A stretch of DNA of 64,000 bases. It comes from Candidatus Pyrohabitans jungbluthii (GTDB lineage Archaea; Hydrothermarchaeota; Hydrothermarchaeia; Hydrothermarchaeales; BMS3B). This document shows, one piece after another, positions 49,908 through 60,092 of the stretch. Numbering within the stretch: the stretch's first letter is position 1; every line of letters begins with the position of its first letter. The notes below the pieces were generated by a model. The model saw only the letters and a list, made by a program, of their open reading frames with translations, was not told the origin of the DNA and ran no database searches. A program made the translations under genes and the position numbers. The DNA lies in assembly GCA_002010065.2 (NCBI GenBank), contig MTMD02000002.1:192001-256000 (forward strand), given 5' to 3'.

Positions 49908-50450
49908 TTATTCTGCATACCTCCCAAGCCGCCTCAGTTCTGCAAGCATCTCCCCTTGGTAACCCCTGCTCTCAAGCTTCCTTGCCACAGCAGCGGCTAT
50001 CTCCCCAGTAAGGCGGAGCTGCGATTCTACCCACGCTTCGCTTTCTGTTACGTTTATTCCGGCCTCTAAAAGCTCCTCCCGATTATCCTTTAGGAACTGC
50101 CTAAACTCGAGGAGATGATTCTCCATTGCACGCAAAACCTCAGTAAGCTCCGTAGCGTACTCTATGTACTCCTCCTCGTCTGCCTCCGCGTACTTTTCAT
50201 TTATGCGTCCAATTTCCTCCATATCATCGTATACCTTTGCGACATACTCGTCATGCTTCCATTTATAAATCGTAGGGTCCTCCCCGATACACGCAGAAAT
50301 CACAGTAAGCACAAGCAGAAAGCACAAAAGTTTTATGCCTCGAACCCAACTTTCTACCATGTCCTCCACCACGACAAGCTTCCTCGCTTTCTTTCTCGCC
50401 ACCGTAGCTACTTTCATCTTCTTTCTGCTGGTGATGAGGTGGCTGTTCAA
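49908..50450 (-). CDS. Hypothetical lipoprotein / helical exported protein
   Basis: Hydrophobic stretch ending in ISAC, then an acidic helical domain; start uncertain (50417 or 50360 plausible). Confidence 0.6.
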   Translation of the reverse strand: MNSHLITSRKKMKVATVARKKARKLVVVEDMVESWVRGIKLLCFLLVLTVISACIGEDPTIYKWKHDEYVAKVYDDMEEIGRINEKYAEADEEEYIEYATELTEVLRAMENHLLEFRQFLKDNREELLEAGINVTESEAWVESQLRLTGEIAAAVARKLESRGYQGEMLAELRRLGRYAE

Positions 50451-50461
50451 GAGAGAAGAGT

Positions 50462-50863
50462 CTAAGTGAAGCTGTAGCTGCGCGGGTCTTCGCCTATACG
50501 CTCCGCCCTCACCAAATCGGTGGTGGTTATAATTCCCTCCAGCTTTTCCTCGCTCCCCACGAGAAGGCGCTTTATCGCGTGCGCCGCCATCTTCTTCGCG
50601 GCCTCCTTTAAGCTTGCGTCGCGGGAAATGAACTTTAAATCCCTGCTCATAACTTCCCGCACCTTCAGCTGGGGGGGGCGTTCCTCAGCTACGATTTTAT
50701 ACGCTAGGTCGCGCTCAGTGATTATGCCTATGGCTTTGCCCTCCTCCACCACCACGAGGGAGCCTATGTTGAATTTGCGCATTAGGCGAGCCGCCTCTGC
50801 AAGCGTTGCCTCGGGCGAGATTGTCCTTACGTGCGGGGTCATCGCCTCGGATACAGTTACCAT
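50462..50863 (-). CDS. CBS-pair protein
   Basis: GIITERD and GIITTTD repeats. Confidence 0.9.
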   Translation of the reverse strand: MVTVSEAMTPHVRTISPEATLAEAARLMRKFNIGSLVVVEEGKAIGIITERDLAYKIVAEERPPQLKVREVMSRDLKFISRDASLKEAAKKMAAHAIKRLLVGSEEKLEGIITTTDLVRAERIGEDPRSYSFT

Positions 50864-50948
50864 GTTATCTACTTTGCCCCTCCTGTTATTTTAAACTTCC
50901 TTTCCGTTGTTGCTCTGCTGGGTAACTTTGCTTCTGTGAGGCTGAGCC

Positions 50949-52790
50949 ATGGCAAAGCTGGATATTGCTGTTAACGAACCGGGAATGCGAGTATTTCTTC
51001 TGGGCAACCTGGCTATAGCCAGGGGCGCCCTCGAAGCGGGAGTAAGAGTTGCCAGCGCGTATCCGGGCACGCCTTCAAGCGAAATCCTCGAGGCTATAGC
51101 TGGCGTCGCACCAAAGCTTGGGATACATGCTGAGTGGAGTACCAACGAGAAGGTTGCCCTAGAGGTGGCGATTGGTGCAAGCTATGCCGGTGCGAGAGCA
51201 ATGGCGGCGATGAAGCACGTGGGCGTGAACGTAGCCTTAGACGCCCTCGCTACGCTTGCCTACACAGGGGTTAACGCTGGTCTGGTGCTGGTGAGCGCTG
51301 ACGATCCCGGGATGCACTCCTCGCAGAATGAGCAGGACAACCGCCTCCTGGCGAGGTTTGCGAAGATCCCATGCCTAGAACCCTACGATGCGCAGTCTGC
51401 GAAGGACTACACAAAAGCAGCGTTTGAGCTGTCCGAAAAGTTCCAGACGCCTGTGATGTTGCGCACCACCACGCGGGTAAGCCACGCGAAGGGCGACGTG
51501 ACGCTGGGTGAGCTTCCTGATTATGAAAAACAGAAGCCTCGCTTTGTAAAAGATGCAAGACGCTACGTTTGCGTGCCCGCGCACTCGCGAGCGCTTCATC
51601 CTGTGCTAAATAACAAGCTTGCCCAGCTTGAGAAGTACGCCAGCGATAGCGAGCTGAATCGCATGCATCTCGAAGGCGAGAAAGGAATAGTCGTCGCAGG
51701 AGTGGCGCGCAACTATGTGCGCGAGGCGATTGAAAGCCTGGGCGTTGAGGTATCGCTTCTCGAGCTGGGATTCACCCACCCCTTACCCAGAGAGCTGGTG
51801 AAGCGCTTCTTGAGCAGCGTAAGCGAAGTGCTCGTGGTGGAGGAGCTTGAGCCCTTCCTTGAGGAGCAGATAAGGGCGATGCAGAGCGACATTGTGGTGA
51901 GGGGCAAGGATTTACTGCCCCGCGAGGGTGAATTTACACCGGAGCTTGTGGAGGAGGCGATTGCCCGCTTCCTTGGGGTTGAACACTCGCCTCCGCCCCG
52001 GCGAATGGCAAAACTTGAGCTACCCCCGCGTCCGCCGGTGCTCTGTCCCGGCTGTAGCCATAGAGCGCTTTTCTATGCCCTGAAGAGGGTCACAAGGCGA
52101 AAGATCTACGCGGGCGACATAGGCTGCTATACCCTGGGCGCTCTCGAACCACTGAAAGCGATGGACACCTGTCTATGCATGGGCGCCGGTGTGAGCCAGG
52201 CTCAGGGCTTCTACCATGCAGGCATAGACGAGGACGTGGTGGCGATAATAGGGGACTCCACATTTCTCCATGCGGGTATGCCCGCGCTCCTCAACGCCGC
52301 CTACAACAGCGCCGACATCCTGGTAATAATCCTGGATAATCGCACCACTGCGATGACAGGACACCAGCCCCATCCAGGCGTTGGGGTGACAGCCACAGGC
52401 AGCGAAACCAGACCGGTGGACTTCATTGCTCTGGCAAAAGCCCTGGGTGCCGAGTACGTGGCAAAGGTCAAGCCAAACGACTTTGAGGAAACGGTGCGCG
52501 TGCTTGAAGAGGCACTTTCCAGGCGAGGGCTGCGCGTGGTAATCGCTGAAGAACCCTGCGCTCTCCTTGGTAGAAAGCTGGGGCTGTGGAAGACCCCGCC
52601 CAGAGTTACTCCGGAGCGCTGCGAGGGCTACCTCTGCAGCGCGTGCAGAGCTTGCTTAAGGATTGGCTGCCCGGCGGTGGGCTGGGAAGATGGTAAAGCC
52701 AAGATAATAGAGGAGCTGTGCACAGGCTGCGGGCTCTGCGTTAGCGTGTGCCCAAATGAGGCAATCGTGGGAGGTGAGGAGGAGTGCTGA
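50949..52790 (+). CDS. iorA: Indolepyruvate:ferredoxin oxidoreductase alpha subunit
   Basis: YPGTPSSEI, NEKVA.E, MKHVG.N, SQNEQD, LCPGC.H, GDIGC and GDSTF.H motifs; C-terminal ferredoxin. Confidence 0.96.
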   Translation: MAKLDIAVNEPGMRVFLLGNLAIARGALEAGVRVASAYPGTPSSEILEAIAGVAPKLGIHAEWSTNEKVALEVAIGASYAGARAMAAMKHVGVNVALDALATLAYTGVNAGLVLVSADDPGMHSSQNEQDNRLLARFAKIPCLEPYDAQSAKDYTKAAFELSEKFQTPVMLRTTTRVSHAKGDVTLGELPDYEKQKPRFVKDARRYVCVPAHSRALHPVLNNKLAQLEKYASDSELNRMHLEGEKGIVVAGVARNYVREAIESLGVEVSLLELGFTHPLPRELVKRFLSSVSEVLVVEELEPFLEEQIRAMQSDIVVRGKDLLPREGEFTPELVEEAIARFLGVEHSPPPRRMAKLELPPRPPVLCPGCSHRALFYALKRVTRRKIYAGDIGCYTLGALEPLKAMDTCLCMGAGVSQAQGFYHAGIDEDVVAIIGDSTFLHAGMPALLNAAYNSADILVIILDNRTTAMTGHQPHPGVGVTATGSETRPVDFIALAKALGAEYVAKVKPNDFEETVRVLEEALSRRGLRVVIAEEPCALLGRKLGLWKTPPRVTPERCEGYLCSACRACLRIGCPAVGWEDGKAKIIEELCTGCGLCVSVCPNEAIVGGEEEC

Positions 52791-53368
52791 CGAATGTGCT
52801 CATCGCCGGCGTGGGAGGGCAGGGCATAATACTGCTCAGCGACGTTCTTGGGAATGCAGCAATACGCTCCGGCCTAGGCGTTCGCGGGAGTGAGACCCAC
52901 GGCATGGCTCAGCGCGGGGGCAGCGTGGTGGCTCATATCAGGATAGGCAACGCAAGGTCGCCGCTTATACCAAAAGGAAGGGCAGATTATCTCGTAGCTT
53001 TGGAGCCCCTGGAAGCGCTCCGCTACCTGGATTACCTAGCTGAGCACTGCATCGCCGTGGTGAGCACCACTCCAATTCCGCCAGCATCTACCCATGGCAA
53101 GGTAGCTGGCTACCCCAGCGTTAAAGCGATACTGGATGAGCTTTCTGAGTATGCCGAGGTTTACCCCATTGACGCTTTAGCTCTGGCAAAGCGCGCGGGT
53201 AGTGTGCTCACCGGCAATGTGGTGATGCTCGGTGCCCTGAGCGCTCTTCGTGGTTTCCCCCTTAAGCAAGAGGTTCTTAAGGAGAGCATCGCCTCCCGCG
53301 TTCCCCTCAAAACCATAGATATGAACCTTACCGCCTTTAAGCTGGGAAGAAAGGCTGTTAAAGGGTAG
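52784..53368 (+). CDS. iorB: Indolepyruvate:ferredoxin oxidoreductase beta subunit
   Basis: GVGGQG, ETHGMAQRGGSV and N.VMLGA motifs. Confidence 0.95.
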   Translation: MLTNVLIAGVGGQGIILLSDVLGNAAIRSGLGVRGSETHGMAQRGGSVVAHIRIGNARSPLIPKGRADYLVALEPLEALRYLDYLAEHCIAVVSTTPIPPASTHGKVAGYPSVKAILDELSEYAEVYPIDALALAKRAGSVLTGNVVMLGALSALRGFPLKQEVLKESIASRVPLKTIDMNLTAFKLGRKAVKG

Positions 53369-53443
53369 TGGTGTGCAAACTCATGCTCTGGGGAAGTTTT
53401 ATATAACTCAACGAGCAACTTTCCTTAGCCTGGAGGTCTTGCC

Positions 53444-54751
53444 ATGAAAGAGACCAAAGTACTCCTTGATTTAGACGAGATGCCGAAGAAGTGGTATAAC
53501 ATTTTAGCTGACCTTCCTGAGCCCCTGCCGCCACCTCTTGATCCGAAAACAAGGGAGCCGGTTAAGCCCGAGATGCTGGAGGTCATCTTCCCCAAAGAGC
53601 TCATAAGGCAGGAGGTTAGCCAGGAGCGTTACATTCGTATACCCGAAGAGGTGCGCGAGGCTTACTTCCAGATTGGCAGGCCAACGCCGCTGTATCGTGC
53701 CCGCCGCCTGGAGCGCTACCTCAACACACCGGCGAAGATATACTACAAGCGCGAGGACGTAAGCTTCGCGGGTTCTCACAAGCCCAACACGGCTATAGCC
53801 CAAGCGTACTACAACGTCAAAGAGGGTGTGGAGCGCCTCACCACAGAAACCGGCGCCGGGCAGTGGGGCACCGCTTTAAGCTTGGCAGGTGCGCTCTTCG
53901 GTATAGACGTCACCGTATTTATGGTGGCGATTAGCTATCACCAGAAGCCATACCGCAGGATTATAATGGAGCTTTACGGCGCGGATGTTGTGCCCTCGCC
54001 CAGCGACAGGACGGAGTACGGGCGAAAGGTTCGCGAGGAGAATCCTGACCACCCTGGTAGCCTTGGCATAGCGATAAGCGAAGCCATAGAGATGGCTGTC
54101 AAGGACGAGAAGACCAAGTACTCCTTAGGCTCGGTGCTCAACCACGTGCTCCTGCATCAGACCGTGATTGGCCAGGAGGTGCTCCTCCAGCTTGAGAAGA
54201 TAGATGTAACGCCGGACGTGATGATAGGCTGCGTTGGCGGGGGAAGCAACTTCGCTGGCTTCGCGTATCCAATGCTGGGCAAGAAGCTTCGTGGCGAGCT
54301 CGATGAGGTGCGCTTCTTAGCGGTTGAGCCGAAGTCCTGCCCCACACTGACAGAGGGCAAGTACGAGTACGACTTCGGCGACACTGCAGGCATGACGCCA
54401 TTGCTAAAGATGTACACCTTAGGTCACGACTTCGTACCTTCGCCGATTCATGCAGGCGGACTTCGCTACCACGGCGACGCCCCCTCGCTATGCCTTCTCC
54501 ACCACCTCGGCTACATCGACGCCGTAGCCTACGACCAGCTTCAGACGTTTGAAGCGGGTAAAATATTCACAAAGGCAGAAGGTTTAGTGCCCGCGCCTGA
54601 GACAACGCATGCGATACGTGCAGCCATTGACATTGCCCGCGAGTGCAAGCGCACCGGTGAGGAGAAGGTGATTGTGTTCAACCTTTCGGGGCATGGTTTG
54701 CTTGACCTTCAGGGTTACGCGGACTACCTAGCGGGCAAGCTGAAGCCCTAG
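53444..54751 (+). CDS. trpB2: Tryptophan synthase beta chain, TrpB2 type
   Basis: [15 protein letters not shown] (PLP Lys), [14 protein letters not shown] and HAGGLRYHG motifs. Confidence 0.95.
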   Translation: MKETKVLLDLDEMPKKWYNILADLPEPLPPPLDPKTREPVKPEMLEVIFPKELIRQEVSQERYIRIPEEVREAYFQIGRPTPLYRARRLERYLNTPAKIYYKREDVSFAGSHKPNTAIAQAYYNVKEGVERLTTETGAGQWGTALSLAGALFGIDVTVFMVAISYHQKPYRRIIMELYGADVVPSPSDRTEYGRKVREENPDHPGSLGIAISEAIEMAVKDEKTKYSLGSVLNHVLLHQTVIGQEVLLQLEKIDVTPDVMIGCVGGGSNFAGFAYPMLGKKLRGELDEVRFLAVEPKSCPTLTEGKYEYDFGDTAGMTPLLKMYTLGHDFVPSPIHAGGLRYHGDAPSLCLLHHLGYIDAVAYDQLQTFEAGKIFTKAEGLVPAPETTHAIRAAIDIARECKRTGEEKVIVFNLSGHGLLDLQGYADYLAGKLKP

Positions 54752-54831
54752 CCACGCTTTTTTACTTCTTTTTTACAGCTTTTTATTATTTGGAAATATG
54801 TTTATATTGTGGATGGCTTTAATTTTTACAT

Positions 54832-54987
54832 ATGAGACTCCTTCCGCCAGAGAGTTTAAAGTATAGGGCAATAAGGGAGGCTGTGCTGTGGGAGGACAAC
54901 AACAATGCCTACCGTCGCTTTTTACTGTACATAAGGGCGAGGAGGGTAGCCAACATTCTTAAAGCACATGTTGAACAAACTCTATAA
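54832..54987 (+). CDS. Putative 51-aa small protein (below ORF-track cutoff)
   Basis: MRLLPPESLKYRAIREAVLWEDNNNAYRRFLLYIRARRVANILKAHVEQTL*. TTTATATT box at 54801, ~25-30 nt upstream; fills an otherwise empty gap. Confidence 0.5.
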   Translation: MRLLPPESLKYRAIREAVLWEDNNNAYRRFLLYIRARRVANILKAHVEQTL

Positions 54988-55011
54988 AGGGAAGTGTTCT
55001 TAACAGGTAGT

Positions 55012-56463
55012 TTATTCAATCCCGTACTCATTCCAACGCCTGTCCACCAGGCGCTTTACCTCCTCGCTCATCTCCACGCTGGGAGGCCATTCTCTGGGGT
55101 AGCCCTCCTCCTTCCACTTGCGCGTCGCGTCTATTCCCAGCTTGGAGCCGTAGTTGGGGAGCGAGGGAGCGTGATCGAGGGTGTCTGTGGGCGTGCCCGG
55201 GATTATCACAACGTCGCGAGCTGGGTCAACACTGCTGCTCACCGCCCACAGCACTTCGCTGGCATTGTGCACATCCACGTCGTCGTCCACAACAACTATC
55301 GCCTTGGTGAACATCATCTGTCCCAGTCCCCACAGTGCGAACATCACCTTCTTCGCATGCCCGGGATAGCGCTTTCTGATGGAGACTATAGCAAGGTTGT
55401 GGAATACCGCCTCGACGGGCAGGTTGATGTCCACTATCTCGGGGAGTTGCATCTTTATTAGAGGTAAGAAGATGCGCTCCACCGCCTTGCCAAAGTAGGC
55501 ATCTTCCATGGGTGGCTTTCCTACCACCGTGGCAGGGTAAATCGCATCCTCACGGTGGGTGATGCAGGTGACGTGAAATACTGGGAAATAATCCGGCATA
55601 GAGTAGTAGCCTGTGTGGTCGCCGAAGGGGCCCTCAAGGCGCTCTTCAGCGGGGTCCACATAACCTTCTATTACAAACTCCGCCCACGCTGGCACCTCTA
55701 AGTCCACAGTTCTGCACTTCACAAGCTCTACACCACGCTTTCGCAGGAAGCCCGCGAAGAGAAGCTCATCAAAGCCTTCTGGGAGAGGGGCGATAGCAGA
55801 GAATATGGTCGCCGGGTCAGCGCCAAGTGCTACAGCCACCTCGAGGCGTTGCCCCTGCTCTTTAGCCCTGCGGAAGTGCTCTGCCCCATGCTTGTGAATC
55901 TGCCAGTGCATGCCGGTGGTGCGAGCATCGTAAACCTGCATGCGGTACATGCCCACGTTGCGCTTGCCCGTAGCAGGGTCCTTGGTGAACACCAGCGGTA
56001 GCGTTATGTAGCGCCCGCCGTCGAGGGGCCAGGTTTTCAGAATGGGAAGCTTCTCCAGGCTTGCCTCTTCTCCTTCAAGCACTACCTCCTGGCAGGGGGC
56101 GCGCTTCACCAGCTTTGGCGGGAAGGAGAGGGCCTCCTTAATCTTTGCCAGGCTTGAGAGCTTCTCCTTTATGCTTGCCGGCACATTCGGCATGAGCAAC
56201 TCAGCGAGAGATTCGCCTATGCTCTCAAAGCGATCAACACCCAGGGCGAGCTTCATCCTCTCATAGCTTCCGAAGAGGTTAGCTGCAACCGGAAACTCGC
56301 TCCCCTTAACATTCTCAAAGAGCAGCGCAGGGCCGCGGCGCTTGGAAACGCGGTCCACTATCTCAGAAATTTCAAGCACCGGGTCGACTTCTGCCTTTAC
56401 ACGTTTAAGCATGCCGCGTTCTTCCAGGGCAGCGATGAACTCACGGAGGTCGCGATATGTCAT
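55012..56463 (-). CDS. UbiD-family decarboxylase (menaquinone-biosynthesis type)
   Basis: DLREFI..LE, GPALLFEN, N.GMYRMQ, EGPFGDHTGYY and GKPPMED motifs. Confidence 0.92.
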   Translation of the reverse strand: MTYRDLREFIAALEERGMLKRVKAEVDPVLEISEIVDRVSKRRGPALLFENVKGSEFPVAANLFGSYERMKLALGVDRFESIGESLAELLMPNVPASIKEKLSSLAKIKEALSFPPKLVKRAPCQEVVLEGEEASLEKLPILKTWPLDGGRYITLPLVFTKDPATGKRNVGMYRMQVYDARTTGMHWQIHKHGAEHFRRAKEQGQRLEVAVALGADPATIFSAIAPLPEGFDELLFAGFLRKRGVELVKCRTVDLEVPAWAEFVIEGYVDPAEERLEGPFGDHTGYYSMPDYFPVFHVTCITHREDAIYPATVVGKPPMEDAYFGKAVERIFLPLIKMQLPEIVDINLPVEAVFHNLAIVSIRKRYPGHAKKVMFALWGLGQMMFTKAIVVVDDDVDVHNASEVLWAVSSSVDPARDVVIIPGTPTDTLDHAPSLPNYGSKLGIDATRKWKEEGYPREWPPSVEMSEEVKRLVDRRWNEYGIE

Positions 56464-56504
56464 GAGTAAGGAGTTGCCTGTATGGTAATAAAACCTTTTG
56501 CCTG

Positions 56505-56625
56505 ATAGGGGCGCCTTCCCCGCCCCTATTACCCCTTCCTCACCATGATAGGACGCCTTCCCGCTTCGTCACGCCGGAAGCTTCGCTTCCGGGTAACCAT
56601 CAGCGTTACCCGAGCATAGCGAGGG
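56505..56625. repeat. Hairpin-mosaic repeat, copy 2 (reverse orientation, block order permuted)
   Basis: 56505-56539 is the reverse complement of 47794-47828; 56567-56605 is the reverse complement of 47936-47974. Confidence 0.85.
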
Positions 56626-56650
56626 TGACAAAAGACGGAGCCCCCTCTTG

Positions 56651-57079
56651 CTACAGCCTTATGAGCACTATGGCAATAAACGCGAGGAGTATTCCCAGAC
56701 CCCTGGTAATGGTGAGCTTTTCCCCGTAAACCAGCAGAGAAACCAGCACCACGAGCATGCCGTTGAGGCTCATCACCGGCGTGGCGAGCGAGCCTGGGCC
56801 GCGCTGCAACGCAAGCTGGTAAAAAAGCGTCCCTGCTAAGCTGAAGACACCTATCGCCGCGCCTAAGGCGAGAGATTTCAGCGCCACACTCTTTTCTGGT
56901 TCAACTGCACCAACTGAGAGATAGTACACCACAGCCAAAACGCCTGCGGTTAAGTAGAGGGCAAGGGCTATAATCACCTCGTTTAGCTCGCTCTCTGCAC
57001 CAACCTTGAATAGAACATTTACCATGCCATAGGAGAGAAAAGAGCCCACGGCGAGCAGAAACCAGCCGGGATTTTCCAT
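56651..57079 (-). CDS. EamA/DMT-family small membrane transporter
   Basis: Five TM helices with AL..GP.S...PV and GEKLT motifs. Start reassigned to ATG 57079. Confidence 0.85.
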   Translation of the reverse strand: MENPGWFLLAVGSFLSYGMVNVLFKVGAESELNEVIIALALYLTAGVLAVVYYLSVGAVEPEKSVALKSLALGAAIGVFSLAGTLFYQLALQRGPGSLATPVMSLNGMLVVLVSLLVYGEKLTITRGLGILLAFIAIVLIRL

Positions 57080-57167
57080 GGATACCACCTCAAACTTTCT
57101 TATGTACTCATAATTGTTGCTGCGACTGAACATTAAGTTTACATAGCTCGCCTGCGTAATCGCATGC

Positions 57168-57875
57168 ATGCAGCTTGGCGAGGAAAAGCCGAAGTATGTG
57201 CGTAGGATGTTCTCCGCCATAGCACAGCGCTACGACTTGGCGAATTCTCTGCTCAGCCTGCGCAGAGATGCATACTGGCGCAGGTTCGCAGCAGACGTGG
57301 CAGAGCTCAGCGATGGTGGCATTGCCCTCGATGTAGCCACGGGCACAGGTGAGCTCGCCTTTGAGCTTGCTAAGCGGGTGAGCAAGGGAGGCGTAGTTGG
57401 CGTGGACTTCAATGCAGAGATGCTATCAATAGCAAAGCAGAAAGCAGAGCAGAGGGGGATTAAAAATGTGCACTTCACCCTGGGCGACGCGCTGCGGCTG
57501 TGCTTCCGCGATGAGAGCTTCGACGCTGTTCTCGTGGCCTTTGGCTTAAGGAACTTTGCGGAGATTGAAAAGCCTCTACGCGAGCTTGTGCGCGTGGCAA
57601 AGCGGGGAGGCAGAGTGGTTGTGCTGGAGTTCACCCTTCCGCCCAACAGGTTTCTGAGAAGGCTCTATTCGCTCTACTTCTTCCATGTGTTGCCCTTCCT
57701 GGGTGGGCTTATTACCGGCAAGAGGGAGGCGTATGCTTACCTTCCAGCGTCGGTGGCAGAGTTCCCTTCACCTGAGGAGATTTGCAAGCTTATGGAAAAG
57801 GCGGGGCTTGAGAATGTTAGATATCACCTTCTAACCTTGGGCACAGTTGCAGTTTACGTAGGGCGAAGGAAATGA
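57168..57875 (+). CDS. menG: Demethylmenaquinone methyltransferase (UbiE/MenG)
   Basis: MF..IA.RYD..N..LS, LDVATGTG, FGLRN, LEF and AY.YLP.SV motifs. Confidence 0.92.
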   Translation: MQLGEEKPKYVRRMFSAIAQRYDLANSLLSLRRDAYWRRFAADVAELSDGGIALDVATGTGELAFELAKRVSKGGVVGVDFNAEMLSIAKQKAEQRGIKNVHFTLGDALRLCFRDESFDAVLVAFGLRNFAEIEKPLRELVRVAKRGGRVVVLEFTLPPNRFLRRLYSLYFFHVLPFLGGLITGKREAYAYLPASVAEFPSPEEICKLMEKAGLENVRYHLLTLGTVAVYVGRRK

Positions 57876-58945
57876 CGCGAAGGTTCTGCGTGAGGTGTGG
57901 GAAGCGGAGCGAGAGGCTGATTAACTCTCTCTGCGTGGAGTGCTACGTTGAGCGGGAGGTAGTTTTAGACCTGCCATCCAAAATTAAAGCCAAGGTTTGC
58001 CGGGAATGCAATGCAGTGCTGAAGCACGGGAAGTGGGAGCGTCGTGCGAGGAGCCTTGAGGAGGCTGTCGAAGAGGCTGGCTTCTCGGCGATAGAGGAGA
58101 ACCTGCGCGTTACTGGCATTTCTCAGCCAGAGGTAGGCATTGCCTTTCTCGGGGCTCAGCGAAGCTCACCCAAGGACTTCTTTGCGAGGTACCGCCTCGA
58201 GGTTAAAGGAAGCGCTGGCGAAGAGGAGGTGGAGTTTTCCAGAGAGGTGAAGGTAAATGTAAGGCTCACGCTTTGCGAAAGCTGCCAGCGCAAGGCTTCG
58301 CGCTACTACGAGGCGGTGCTTCAAATTCGCGCTCATGCTCCACTGACCGAGAAGGAACGGCGCGAGCTCTCTGGCTTTGTGCGTCGCGAAGTTGATGCAA
58401 GGTGGAGCGAGGACAAAGCGTTCATCTCCAGCTACGAGGAGAAGAAGGAGGGCATTGATTTCTATCTTGGCTCTGCGAAGCTTGCAAAGAAAATAGCGAA
58501 CCTTTTGTTAGAGAGCTACGGTGGCACAGTAACCACTTCGACTAAGCTCGTGGGCGTAGATGAGAGCGGTAAAAGTGTGCTGCGCTACACCTTTGCGTAC
58601 CGCCTGCCAAGGCTGAGGCGCGGAGACGTGGTGAGGATAGAGGAGAAGGTGTGCGAGGTGCTCAAGCTCAGCAGGGGGAGCGTCTCCCTCCTCGACCTTG
58701 CCACGAGGAAGAGCTTCTCGCTACCGGAGAAACGCCTCTCTGAGGCTGAGATTCTGGGCAGGGCAGAAGACGCGGTAAAGGCGATGGTCACAGAGGTGGT
58801 TAAGGGCAGAGTTCAGGTGCTGGAGTTCAAAGATTACAAAACTTTTTATTTTGATACCCCGCTTCCCTTAGAGGTGGGTCAGGAAGTCCGAATTTTAGAA
58901 GCTAAGGGCAAGGTTTACCTTCTTGCAACACCCCTGGAGGAATGA
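57872..58945 (+). CDS. nmd3: NMD3 family protein
   Basis: Four CxxC pairs and YYEAVLQIR motif. Confidence 0.9.
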   Translation: MTRRFCVRCGKRSERLINSLCVECYVEREVVLDLPSKIKAKVCRECNAVLKHGKWERRARSLEEAVEEAGFSAIEENLRVTGISQPEVGIAFLGAQRSSPKDFFARYRLEVKGSAGEEEVEFSREVKVNVRLTLCESCQRKASRYYEAVLQIRAHAPLTEKERRELSGFVRREVDARWSEDKAFISSYEEKKEGIDFYLGSAKLAKKIANLLLESYGGTVTTSTKLVGVDESGKSVLRYTFAYRLPRLRRGDVVRIEEKVCEVLKLSRGSVSLLDLATRKSFSLPEKRLSEAEILGRAEDAVKAMVTEVVKGRVQVLEFKDYKTFYFDTPLPLEVGQEVRILEAKGKVYLLATPLEE

Positions 58946-58946
58946 A

Positions 58947-60068
58947 ATGGACGTTGAGGAAAGATTCAGGCTTATTAAGGGCGTGGCAGAGGAAGTTGTC
59001 ACAGATGAAGAACTTCGCCAGCTTCTGGAGACGAAGGCTGAGCCCGTTGCCTATGACGGCTTTGAGCCCAGCGGCTTGGCGCATTTGCCAGTTGGAATAT
59101 ACCGCCCCCTTCTGCTTAAGGACCTGCTTAAGGCTCGAGTGAGATTTAAGCTTCTCTTAGCCGACTCCTTCGCCTGGATAAACAACAAACTGGGAGGGGA
59201 TATAGAGAAGATACGCGACGCTGGCAGGTATTTTATCGAAGTCTGGCGTGCCGCGGGCGTGGACATGCGCCGCGTAGAGGTGGTCTGGCACAAGGAGTTC
59301 TTCTCCGATGAGGACTACTGGAGGAAGGTCATCCTGATAGCAAAGAATCATACGCTGAGGCGAACGCTGCGCAGCTTAGCCATAGCCGGGAGAGAGGAGG
59401 ACGCCTCAAACCCGGCGGCGTTTGTATTCTATCCCAGCATGCAGTGCGCCGATATTTTCCACCTGCACGCGGATATCTGCCAGCTGGGCATGGACCAGCG
59501 CAAAGTGAACATGCTCGCTCGCGAAATAGCAGACAAGAAGGGCATGGTGAAGCTTCTTGGCTACGAGGGGTGCGGCGCTAATGGCAAACCCGTCGTGGTG
59601 AGCCATCACATGCTTCTCGGGTTGCAGGGCTTCGCCTCGAAGGTGGAGAGCAGCAGACAGAAGGTGAGCACAGCTTTAGAGGCGAAAATGTCCAAGTCTA
59701 TGCCGGAGAGCGCCATCTTTGTGCACGATTCTAAGCAGGAGATAAAGCGCAAGATTTCAAAGGCGTATTGCCCCATGAAGGAGGTGGAGGGCAACCCCAT
59801 CCTGGACTACACCAAGGAGATAATCTTCCGCGCCTTTACAGAGTTCACAATAGAGAGGCCCGCGAAGTACGGGGGCGATGTTACCTACTACTCCTACGCT
59901 GAGCTTGAGAAGGACTACCGCGAAGAGAAGCTTCATCCCCAGGACTTGAAGAACGCCGTGGCTGAGTACTTAGACAGGCTGATAGCACCTGTGAGGGAGC
60001 ACTTCGAGAAAAACCGCGAGGTGAGAGAGCTTTACGAGAGGGTTAAGAGCTATAAGGTTACGCGGTGA
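58947..60068 (+). CDS. tyrS: Tyrosyl-tRNA synthetase
   Basis: YDGFEPSG..H, YP.MQCADIF, GMDQRK, KMSKS and LHP.DLK motifs. Start ATG 58947. Confidence 0.96.
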   Translation: MDVEERFRLIKGVAEEVVTDEELRQLLETKAEPVAYDGFEPSGLAHLPVGIYRPLLLKDLLKARVRFKLLLADSFAWINNKLGGDIEKIRDAGRYFIEVWRAAGVDMRRVEVVWHKEFFSDEDYWRKVILIAKNHTLRRTLRSLAIAGREEDASNPAAFVFYPSMQCADIFHLHADICQLGMDQRKVNMLAREIADKKGMVKLLGYEGCGANGKPVVVSHHMLLGLQGFASKVESSRQKVSTALEAKMSKSMPESAIFVHDSKQEIKRKISKAYCPMKEVEGNPILDYTKEIIFRAFTEFTIERPAKYGGDVTYYSYAELEKDYREEKLHPQDLKNAVAEYLDRLIAPVREHFEKNREVRELYERVKSYKVTR

Positions 60069-60092
60069 GGGTACACGCAGGGGTAAGCGTAT

